This document shows, piece by piece, positions 9,123 through 16,895 of a DNA stretch of 58,913 nucleotides. Source of the DNA: a bacterium (GTDB taxonomy: Bacteria; Patescibacteriota; Doudnabacteria; UBA920); the NCBI GenBank assembly GCA_021847435.1, contig JAJZRC010000001.1, forward strand, positions 1 to 58,913, read 5' to 3'. A program made the translations under genes and the position numbers. Position 1 is the first letter of the stretch. The number at the start of each line of letters is the position of its first letter. The notes under the pieces are model-generated. The model was given only the letters and a program-made list of their open reading frames with translations, was not told where the DNA came from and ran no database searches.

Positions 9123-12100
9123 CTAATCCAAAGTTTGGGCAGTAGTCGGAAGGTTCTTGACCAAGTAATCACCGTACCAGTCGGTGGTCGAAGAGCTGTG
9201 GCTGATAGCCGACAGGTCGGACCACACCAGGTTGCCGGTCTGTGAAGCAGCGGCAACACCGGTTGCAAACGAGCTCTGGGCTCGGGCAATGCTGGTGGTA
9301 ATGTAATCGGTGGTTTCAATAGTACCGCCAACCGTGCCCTTCAATTCGAAGGTCTTGGAGCCGCTGATACCCGGTATGCTGGTCGGCACGAAGGTAACAG
9401 TCGCGTTGCTGGCGGAGGTCGAGCTGGACAGGTCGGTGCTGGAAGTTACAGTACCGGAAATCTGTACGCCCGTGTCAGCGTCGTAAACTGCCAAGGAGCC
9501 GGCCGTAATGGTCGGACCGGTTTCCTTAGACAAAGTCCAGACGAGCTTATAAACCTCAATGGAACCCGTACCGCCGGTAGAAACCGTGGTCTTAGCCAAG
9601 GTATTGGTACCAGCAACCAAGCTGGTAGCGCCGAGCGAAGCCGGGCTTACCGTCGGAATGGCCTTGAAGACGTAAATGTCATTGCCGGCCGGGTTGGACT
9701 CGGTTACTGTGGTCTGAGAACCGGTGGAGCTGTCGGCAGTGGCAGAAGTCAAGGTTACCTTGACATCGGACTGCGAATCGCCCCCGCCGGAAACAATGGT
9801 GCCGAGCACCAAGTCAACGGTTACCACCTTGGTGCCGTTGGCCGCAACCGGGATAGCCATGCCGCTGAAGGTAACCGTGGACGCACCAAACTTGGTGTAA
9901 GTCAACGCGTTACCGCTCGCGTCAGTGGCCTTGACTACCACGCTGGACACCGGAGAGGTGCTGGCGAGGGTGAAGGTCATGTCGGTTACGGTGTAGTTGT
10001 CATAGGTGGAGGTAAACTTGAAAGCGGCGGCGGAGATGGTTTGGTTGTCGTCAGCCAAAGCAGCTACCGGAGCCGAAGAATCCAAGGCGGCGGAAATGCT
10101 GCCGGATTGCGCGGTAACGGTCTGGCCGGTGGTAGCGGAAGTGCTCGCGGCCTGGCCGGACGCCGAAGTGGTGCCGGACACTGTCATAGTCGCGTAAATC
10201 GCATCGCCGTTGCTGATGGAAGAACCAATGTCAGCGTAGATTTCTATTCCGACAGCGTCATTCTTAGCCAAGGTCTGCGACAGGCTCCAGGTGTTGCCGG
10301 TAGCACTGACTGTGGCCTTAGTGGTCTGCTTGGAACCGTTGTACATGACGTACACGTTGGTCAAGTCAGCCGCAGCAAAGGTGCCGCTGGCAGTGAAATC
10401 AACGGAAATGGTGTCAATGTTGACGTCTTCCGTGCTGTTGCCAGTCAGGTTGTAAGCAGCAACCTTGTAGGCAGTCTGCGGAACAACCGAATTCTGGTTG
10501 CCATAGGTGGTGTTCTTAGCCAGGGAGATGGAACCGGCTGAGACGTTTACCGAGTTAGCGGAAACGCTGGAAGTCGGAACGTTCACCGTGGTGGCGGAAA
10601 CCGTACCCTGACCGTTGGAGCTGCCGGTATTCAAGCTAGCCTGAATATCGTCGCCGTCGGCCATAGCGCCGGTTCCGTCATTGTCATACACGTCAGCGCG
10701 GAACTCTACTGTAGCAGCAGTGCCGGCCGGGAAGGTGTAATTAACGGTGAAGGATGTGCCGGTCTTGGCAACAGTAGCGGTGCTGCCGTACTGGGCGCCA
10801 TTAATGAGCACGCGACCATTGCGGAGCGTGCTGGTTTGGGTGCCGCCGCCGCTCGTGGCGTGGGTGTAACCCACGGTCAAGGTTTCAACCTTAACCGGTT
10901 CGCCATAAGCGGTAACAGTCCACTTGCCCAACATAATATCGGAACCGTTCAAGGTAACGTTACCAGACGGAGAAGTGGAAGCTTTCTGTACGGTTACGGT
11001 CGCGGAGTTGACCGTCAATTCACCGGCAGTAAGCGGAGTGGTGTCGGAAATAGCGACGTTCGCGCCGTAGCTGGAATCTACGAGTTCAATGTCAGCCTTG
11101 TTGCGGAGGGACATCTCGACTTTGCGGGAAGAACCGCCGACAACGTCCGCCAATACCTTAAACACGCGGGAACCGGTCTTAACCGTTACCGGAGAAGCCG
11201 GAACAAAGGTCGCGTAAGCGTTGCTGTCCAGGTTCTGGACCTGGGCAACCTGGGTGCCATCTACCAACAAGCGGAAGTTGCGGATATCGCTGGAATTGAT
11301 GGAATCAATCTGACGAAGGGCCATGCGATTCAAGGTAACATCGCGGTTGGAGACTGTCAAAGTGCTCTGCCAGACCACGACATCGTTAGCCGGGTCAATG
11401 GTGCTGGCGGACGGGGTAATGGTACCGAAGTCCGCGGTAGCCAAAGTGGCAGAAGCAATGGTGTGAATGGCACCGCTAAGGGAAACCGTAGCAGCGCTGC
11501 CGCCGGAAACAGTGTAAGAAGTCATCTGTACACCCACAGTCTGGCCGGAGGTGCTGGAAGCTACGTCAGCCTTGACGGTAATGGTCTTGCTGCCGGAAAC
11601 AGTGAACAAACCAGAAGCGTTGGTGAAGCTTACCATGCTGTCGGAACCCACGGAAGCGGCATCGGTGATGCGCTGCGTGCCGTCAAACAGGTAAACGTTG
11701 CTCAAGGTAGAATCGGCGGAAACGCCCATTCTCTTGAATTTGACTTCGGTAACAGTGCCAGTACCAGTGAAGGTAAACTTGGCGATAGGAGCTACCGCGG
11801 CGCCGGCAACCAAGGTGCTGGCAGCCGGGGTGTCAGAAGCCAAAGAGGCGCTGACAGAACCGGAAACTACCGGGGTGCCAGGAGTGCTGGCTAAGGAAGT
11901 CGGGCTCAATTGTCCGGCTACGCGAGCGGCCATAACGCCAGTCTGGGTCATGGCTTTGTCAGCTGCGTTGGCAGGGACAACGTTGGCAAAGGAATAGCCC
12001 CAAGAGTTGAAGGTAGCTAAGTCCGGAATGCCAAGCAGGCCGGTGGCGCCGACCAATTGGACGGTACCGTTGTTGTTAACTAGCACGCCCGGTCTGTGGG

Positions 12101-12569
12101 CGGCGGTGGTGTTGTCGATGTTAGAAGTGGAGGTCATCCAGGAAACATCGCCATAACCTGCTCTGGAGAAGCTAAAACCAAGGCCGGTAAAGACGGCAGC
12201 GGAAGTGAAGCCGGCTTTTTGCGCGCCTGTTACCAGGTAGCAAGTGCCTTTGTCAGCGCCCCTGTCAGAGCACATAACTTTACCGTCTTGCGGCGGAATG
12301 AACGCGCCGGCCGGCAAAGCTAAGTCATCCGCATTGGCATCCACCACGGAAGCAAACGAGTTGAAACCGTAGGAGAGGAAAGCGCCAGCGGAGGTGTAGG
12401 CGCGGCGGGTGCCATCCGGCATAATCATCCAGATGGTACCGTCAGAGCTTTTGACGTTGGTACCGACAGCATGCGCAGCAGCCTGAGCCGCAAACGGAGC
12501 CACCAGAGACAAAGTCATAGCAACCGCAGAACCTACAGCAAAGAGTTTCTTTGCAACAGAATTTTGCAT
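9123..12569 (-). CDS. secreted Ser/Thr/Ala/Gly/Val-rich cell-surface (S-layer-like) protein
   Basis: 1148 aa. Signal peptide MQNSVAKKLFAVGSAVAMTLSLVAPFAAQAAAHA. Three N-terminal repeats of a (A/T)F(L/T/N)S.G(F/Y)(N/S)F(A/S) module. About 900 aa of low-complexity beta-strand-like T/S/V/A sequence follow. No Cys outside the N-domain. Confidence 0.85.
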   Translation of the reverse strand: MQNSVAKKLFAVGSAVAMTLSLVAPFAAQAAAHAVGTNVKSSDGTIWMIMPDGTRRAYTSAGAFLSYGFNSFASVVDANADDLALPAGAFIPPQDGKVMCSDRGADKGTCYLVTGAQKAGFTSAAVFTGLGFSFSRAGYGDVSWMTSTSNIDNTTAAHRPGVLVNNNGTVQLVGATGLLGIPDLATFNSWGYSFANVVPANAADKAMTQTGVMAARVAGQLSPTSLASTPGTPVVSGSVSASLASDTPAASTLVAGAAVAPIAKFTFTGTGTVTEVKFKRMGVSADSTLSNVYLFDGTQRITDAASVGSDSMVSFTNASGLFTVSGSKTITVKADVASSTSGQTVGVQMTSYTVSGGSAATVSLSGAIHTIASATLATADFGTITPSASTIDPANDVVVWQSTLTVSNRDVTLNRMALRQIDSINSSDIRNFRLLVDGTQVAQVQNLDSNAYATFVPASPVTVKTGSRVFKVLADVVGGSSRKVEMSLRNKADIELVDSSYGANVAISDTTPLTAGELTVNSATVTVQKASTSPSGNVTLNGSDIMLGKWTVTAYGEPVKVETLTVGYTHATSGGGTQTSTLRNGRVLINGAQYGSTATVAKTGTSFTVNYTFPAGTAATVEFRADVYDNDGTGAMADGDDIQASLNTGSSNGQGTVSATTVNVPTSSVSANSVNVSAGSISLAKNTTYGNQNSVVPQTAYKVAAYNLTGNSTEDVNIDTISVDFTASGTFAAADLTNVYVMYNGSKQTTKATVSATGNTWSLSQTLAKNDAVGIEIYADIGSSISNGDAIYATMTVSGTTSASGQAASTSATTGQTVTAQSGSISAALDSSAPVAALADDNQTISAAAFKFTSTYDNYTVTDMTFTLASTSPVSSVVVKATDASGNALTYTKFGASTVTFSGMAIPVAANGTKVVTVDLVLGTIVSGGGDSQSDVKVTLTSATADSSTGSQTTVTESNPAGNDIYVFKAIPTVSPASLGATSLVAGTNTLAKTTVSTGGTGSIEVYKLVWTLSKETGPTITAGSLAVYDADTGVQISGTVTSSTDLSSSTSASNATVTFVPTSIPGISGSKTFELKGTVGGTIETTDYITTSIARAQSSFATGVAAASQTGNLVWSDLSAISHSSSTTDWYGDYLVKNLPTTAQTLD

Positions 12570-13218
12570 TTTTTAAGTATTCCTTTTTTTCCAATATCCC
12601 GCTCCGGTCGCCCGGCACAGGAGGATTGATTATTCAATTGCGACAATCAATTTTTCTTGGAAAAAATGTTAATTAGTTTTACATCTTTTGCCCGGTTGCC
12701 TATGGGCGCTCTAGAGATCGCCTATATAAACCAGAAACAACGAGATGCATTGGGCCACATTTGATAGCGACTAACGCCGCTAAGATCGACCATCCGTCCG
12801 CCAACCGGCGGAGCGGACCATAAGCAGCTTGCCGTTAGGCAAACTGCCCAATTAATTACTCCGGGGCTATACACCCCGGAAAAATACCAATTATCCTTTA
12901 ACAGGCATTTTTCCGGGCACAAGCGCTAAAATACCGCCTAAAATCAGGTTTTAGGCTTCTAGAGGCTTTTTGCCTTAAAACTTACCAGGCCTTAAGGCTA
13001 CAACAAAAAAGACGAGACCTTTTAATCTTTGTTACACTGCTTTTTCAGGCTTTTTCTGGCTAAAACCAAATACGTAAAAAGCCAGGGAAAAGTTGTTATT
13101 TTTTGGCTTGTATAAGCCATAAAATCACTAACAGCCTTTCCCTGACCTTTATTTTTTATACTTGGGGATGTAACTTCAGCATTGGAATAAATTGGTATTT
13201 TCCACATCAACTTTCAAT

Positions 13219-13247
13219 ATTATAATATATCCTGAATTATTTGTCAA
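13219..13247 (-). promoter_or_regulatory. consensus sigma70-type promoter facing the surface-protein gene
   Basis: Minus strand reads TTGACA (13247..13242), a 17-nt spacer, then TATAAT (13224..13219). It sits about 640 nt upstream of the ATG at 12569. Confidence 0.5.
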
Positions 13248-13269
13248 AAGATACTTTTAATGCTAAAAT
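13241..13269 (+). promoter_or_regulatory. sigma70-like promoter for the tRNA-Pro repeat unit
   Basis: TTGTCA (13241..13246), a 17-nt spacer, then TAAAAT (13264..13269). It ends about 19 nt before the first repeat unit. Back-to-back with the minus-strand promoter. Confidence 0.45.
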
Positions 13270-13287
13270 CAACAAGTTGCTGAATTT

Positions 13288-13596
13288 TGGGCTGTAGTAT
13301 ACCGGTAGTACGTCCCGATGGACATCGGGATAGACCAGGGTCTACCTGCTCCCCTTTCTGATAAGGCTGATAGTATTAACAATCAAATAACGGGCTGTAG
13401 TATACCGGTAGTACGTCCCGATGGACATCGGGATAGACCAGGGTCTACCTGCTCCCCTTTCTGATAAGGCTGATAGTATTAACAATCAAATAACGGGCTG
13501 TAGTATACCGGTAGTACGTCCCGATGGACATCGGGATAGACCAGGGTCTACCTGCTCCCCTTTCTGATAAGGCTGATAGTATTAACAATCAAATAA
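13288..13596 (+). repeat. three tandem 103-bp units, each beginning with an exact copy of tRNA-Pro nt 1-25
   Basis: Units start at 13288, 13391 and 13494; the intact tRNA starts at 13597, giving an exact period of 103. Units look identical by eye apart from the first base of unit 1 (T not C). Unit layout: CGGGCTGTAGTATACCGGTAGTACG, then hairpin TCCCGATGGACATCGGGA, then TAGACCAGGGTCTACCTGCTCCCC, then an AT-rich tail. Confidence 0.95.
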
Positions 13597-13670
13597 CGGG
13601 CTGTAGTATACCGGTAGTACGCCTGCTTTGGGAGCAGGTAGACTGGGTTCGATTCCCAGCAGCCCGACCA
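13597..13670 (+). tRNA. tRNA-Pro (anticodon UGG)
   Basis: Hand-folded cloverleaf. Acceptor CGGGCTG/CAGCCCG (C1:G72, A73, as in bacterial tRNA-Pro). D arm GTAT-ACCGGTA-GTAC. Anticodon arm CCTGC-TTTGGGA-GCAGG. T arm CTGGG-TTCGATT-CCCAG. CCA is encoded. Confidence 0.9.
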
Positions 13671-13695
13671 AAACTTTGCAATTCAATAATAGATA

Positions 13696-13728
13696 AAGCG
13701 CAGCCTCCGGGCTGCGCTTTTATTATTT
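13696..13728 (+). terminator. intrinsic terminator after tRNA-Pro
   Basis: AAGCGCAGCC-TCCG-GGCTGCGCTT followed by TTATTATTT. Confidence 0.6.
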
Positions 13729-13743
13729 AATCTTCCAACGCAC

Positions 13744-14061
13744 TCATTGCTGTTGGGTACCATTCTCAGCCAATTCCGCCACATAAACCCCAGGGAACGG
13801 TTTTATATACCGCTCCACTAGTCCGCTTTTTTTATAATCGCTCAAAGTTTTTTCCGCTTCCGCCATAAGCCGTCCCGTGCCAATGCCGCAAATAACTTTG
13901 ACAATCCTCTCCCCCGCCATAAACTGCCGGTTTAAAAAACTTTCCAGCTCCGGCATCGCCTGGGCTAAAGTTTGCCCGTGCAAATCCAAACCGGGGATTT
14001 TGTCCGACTGGGCATGCCCTTTAGCGGCGGCCTGCCATAAGGCTTCATCGCTTGGCAACAT
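13744..14061 (-). CDS. Smr-domain protein
   Basis: 105 aa. LDLHGQTLAQA ... VKVICGIGTGRL matches the Smr (MutS2 C-terminal-like) signature. Confidence 0.8.
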   Translation of the reverse strand: MLPSDEALWQAAAKGHAQSDKIPGLDLHGQTLAQAMPELESFLNRQFMAGERIVKVICGIGTGRLMAEAEKTLSDYKKSGLVERYIKPFPGVYVAELAENGTQQQ

Positions 14062-14064
14062 AAT

Positions 14065-14913
14065 TTATGAAATGGCGTTATTCCAATCTTGGACGAACTG
14101 GCCCAGGCCTTTGTCAGTCATATCGTCCTGGATATTAAACTCCGTCCAGTCCTTGTTCAAATCAAACTCCTGGTACTCAATGGGCTTAAAACCCTCCGGA
14201 TTATAAACAAAATCCGGTCCGGGCAGCTTTTTGCCGTCCTCGGCCCACTTTTGAATGTACTTAAAGCCCGCGGTAATTATGTCCGTACCCGCGGCAATTG
14301 CCGCGTAAAACTGGTCCAAAGAGCGCAAAGACGCGGACAGCACCAAAACGTGCCCGTCGCCCTGCTTGTACATGCGAATGATGTTGCGGATTAAATCCAG
14401 CCCCCGGGCGCCCGCGTCCGTATGCCGGCCGATGAACGGGGAAATATACACCTGTCCCTTGCTGGCGCCGCGGCTCATGGCGTAAACCGCGGCGGCCTGC
14501 TCCTGGTTAAAGCACAAGGTCATATTCACCCGCATGCCTTCCTTAACAGCCTGAGCCGCGGCCTTCATGCCTTCCGGAATAATGGGAAACTTCAAATACG
14601 CGTGAGGCGTCCATAAAAACAGCTCCCGGGCCTGCTTGAGCATGTCTTCCGCGGAGGTATTCTTGTCCGCGTACACTTCCACGGAAATCGAGCCCTGCGG
14701 GATCAGGCTTTCAATTTCCTTGATGGTTTTGCGGTAGCTGTCCCAAATTTCTTCCCTGCTGAATTTGCCCCGGGTTTTCAGCCGTTCCTGCACTTGGGGG
14801 CTCTTAATAAAATACGTGGGGTTGGTGGTCTGCCCGTCCAAAAAACCCAAAAGCTTCAAGCTTTCCGCGGTTTCTTTCGGATCGCCGGAATCCAAAAAAA
14901 ATTTAGTTTGCAT
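14065..14913 (-). CDS. tal: transaldolase-family protein
   Basis: 282 aa. FFLDSGDPKE and GQTTNPTYF are the transaldolase/F6P-aldolase N-terminal motifs. Confidence 0.8.
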   Translation of the reverse strand: MQTKFFLDSGDPKETAESLKLLGFLDGQTTNPTYFIKSPQVQERLKTRGKFSREEIWDSYRKTIKEIESLIPQGSISVEVYADKNTSAEDMLKQARELFLWTPHAYLKFPIIPEGMKAAAQAVKEGMRVNMTLCFNQEQAAAVYAMSRGASKGQVYISPFIGRHTDAGARGLDLIRNIIRMYKQGDGHVLVLSASLRSLDQFYAAIAAGTDIITAGFKYIQKWAEDGKKLPGPDFVYNPEGFKPIEYQEFDLNKDWTEFNIQDDMTDKGLGQFVQDWNNAIS

Positions 14914-15042
14914 GGAACTCTCTATTTTTACTAATTAGACGCATCACTTGCTTTACGGAGTTCAGAATATATTAAATCCCTTTTTAGTCGATATGGCATT
15001 TTTATTTTTCCGTATATCCGTACTTCTCCGTACTCCGTAAAA

Positions 15043-15819
15043 TTAATTGAACAAGTGTTTGCTCTTGGAAAGCTCTTTGATTACATCGTAAGCCTCTTCC
15101 GCGTCGCTGACCAAGTGGTAGATGTCCATGTCTTCTTTGGAGATTGCCTTATTCTGTTCGTAGATTACCGTTTTTATCCAGGCCAGAAGCGGCTGCCAAA
15201 ATTCCTTGTTTACCAAAATTACCGGAACCGGCTTAATCTTTTTAGTTTGAATAAGGGTCACCATTTCAAAAAATTCGTCCAAAGTTCCAAAACCTCCGGG
15301 GAAAAATATATAAACGCTGGAAGCCGTCTCAAGCATCACCTTGCGGGTAAAAAAGAAGGAAAAGCTTTCGTATTCCTTGACGTACTGGTTGGTGCGCTGC
15401 TCCATGGGCAGGCGGATGTTGATTCCTACGCTGCGGCCGCCGGCTTCGCACGCGCCCTTGTTGGCCGCTTCCATGATCCCCGGCCCCCCGCCGGTAATAA
15501 TGCTGAAACCCGCCTTGGACAGCTTGAATGCCAGCTCCGTGGCCTCATTATACACCCCGTTCTGCAGCGATACCCGGGCGCTGCCCATAATGCTGACTGA
15601 TTTTTTGAATTTTTTTAGAAAATCAAAGCCGGCAATGAATTCGGCCAAAATCTTCATAATCGTCCAGGAAGACACTTCCCGGGTGCGGCCTTTTTTAAAA
15701 ATGTGGGGCAGCTGGGCGACCGGAATACAGATTTCCCTGCCCTGGGAGGTAAAACAAACCACTTCGTCGTGGCTATGGACATGATCGCTGTCTTTTTCTT
15801 TATTTTTTTTTGTGAGCAT
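15043..15819 (-). CDS. LOG-family (TIGR00730-type) nucleotide phosphoribohydrolase
   Basis: 258 aa. Contains GGGPGIMEAANKGA and PGGFGTLDEFFE. Confidence 0.85.
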   Translation of the reverse strand: MLTKKNKEKDSDHVHSHDEVVCFTSQGREICIPVAQLPHIFKKGRTREVSSWTIMKILAEFIAGFDFLKKFKKSVSIMGSARVSLQNGVYNEATELAFKLSKAGFSIITGGGPGIMEAANKGACEAGGRSVGINIRLPMEQRTNQYVKEYESFSFFFTRKVMLETASSVYIFFPGGFGTLDEFFEMVTLIQTKKIKPVPVILVNKEFWQPLLAWIKTVIYEQNKAISKEDMDIYHLVSDAEEAYDVIKELSKSKHLFN

Positions 15820-15835
15820 AATTTTGTTTAATGGT

Positions 15836-16894
15836 TTAATCTTGAGAAGTCAAATTTAAGGCTCCGCTTTCCGAATTTTCCATTTCCGGAAGGTAAGTAC
15901 CGGCTCGCGCCAGGCTGTTTAATTCCGCGCGCCTTAGGAAGGCGGCCTGGGCAGAAGTTACATTCTCCGGTTTGCCCGCCCATGCCTGGAGCGCCGGGGC
16001 CTGCAGCGCGCGGCCGTAAGAAAAACTCAAAGGCCAGGGCAAATGGCCGTTCTTATTCATTTCGTTCAGATTTGCGGTTGCCTCAGCCGGACTTTGTCCG
16101 CCGGATAAAAACACTATCCCGGGAACTTCGGGCGGCACGGTTTTTAAAAATACGCGCAGCGTGGCTTCTGCCACTTCCCCGCTGTTTGCCTGCTCCGGGC
16201 ATTCGGAGCCCGAAACCACCATGTTTGGCTTAAGCAATATTCCGGTCAAATCCACTTCCTGCTGCTTTAACTGTGCAAAAACTTCCGTTAACACCCGTTC
16301 AGTCACAGCTTCGCAATTCTGTTGGGTATGGCTGCCATCCATCAGCACTTCCGGCTCCACAATGGGAACCAAGCCAGCCATTTGGCAAATTTTGGCGTAC
16401 CGGGCAAGCCGCGACGCATTCCCTTTCACGCACTCATCCGTGGGCAAGCCTCCGCCTATGCCGAACACCGCCCGCCATTTGGCAAATTTGGCGCCTAAAG
16501 CAACATAACCCTTAACTCTTTCCTCCAGCCCATCCAAGCCGCGGGTCAGTTTTTCCCCGGACGCGCCGAACGGTTCCGTGCCCATATCCACCTTAATTCC
16601 CGGCAAAATTCCTTTTTGCTCTAAAATTTTTACAAAGCTTTCGCCGGATGACGCGCTCTGCCGGATGGTTTCATCGAATAAAATAGCTCCTGAAATGTAA
16701 TTTTCCGCGCCTGGGGCCGTAAACAGCATTTCGCGGTACGCTATCCTGCTGGCCGGATTGGATTCCAGATTAACGGACTCAAACCGCTTTTGGATGGTGG
16801 CGTCGCTTTCATCCGCGGCCAAAATCCCCTTGCCCGGGGCCATTAAAGCTTTGGCGACTATGGAGAGCTCGCTGATATGGCTGTTTGTATTCAT
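15836..16894 (-). CDS. fba: class I fructose-bisphosphate aldolase
   Basis: 352 aa. Contains GILAADES..TIQKRF, YREMLFT and LLKPNMV (the Schiff-base Lys region). Confidence 0.85.
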   Translation of the reverse strand: MNTNSHISELSIVAKALMAPGKGILAADESDATIQKRFESVNLESNPASRIAYREMLFTAPGAENYISGAILFDETIRQSASSGESFVKILEQKGILPGIKVDMGTEPFGASGEKLTRGLDGLEERVKGYVALGAKFAKWRAVFGIGGGLPTDECVKGNASRLARYAKICQMAGLVPIVEPEVLMDGSHTQQNCEAVTERVLTEVFAQLKQQEVDLTGILLKPNMVVSGSECPEQANSGEVAEATLRVFLKTVPPEVPGIVFLSGGQSPAEATANLNEMNKNGHLPWPLSFSYGRALQAPALQAWAGKPENVTSAQAAFLRRAELNSLARAGTYLPEMENSESGALNLTSQD

Positions 16895-16895
16895 A

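Noticed and set aside
10836-11894. 352-aa plus-strand ORF, along with other long plus-strand ORFs at 10041..10541, 11698..11997 and 2732..3391
   Set aside because: These are antisense to the large surface-protein or lipase genes. They are G/R/A/S-rich with no motifs, which is typical of shadow ORFs in compositionally biased genes.
12650-12960. SRP RNA or RNase P RNA in the surface-protein leader
   Set aside because: A GGUU-capped helix and an AAAATACCGCC word looked suggestive. However, the SRP GGAA/GNRA tetraloop with GGAAGCAGC, and the RNase P GAGGAAAGUCC / ACAGAA..CCGGCUUA cores, are absent on both strands.
13022-13210. 62-aa ORF starting at the predicted transcription start of the minus-strand consensus promoter (possible leaderless gene)
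   Set aside because: The sequence looks non-protein-like and I recognise no conservation signal. It is mentioned only as part of the long-leader finding.
13288-13670. Possible CRISPR array
   Set aside because: The 103-bp units are entirely identical to each other, so there are no unique spacers. No cas genes are present. The repeat is derived from the adjacent tRNA-Pro. The 68-aa ORF at 13524..13730 simply reads through the repeats and the tRNA.
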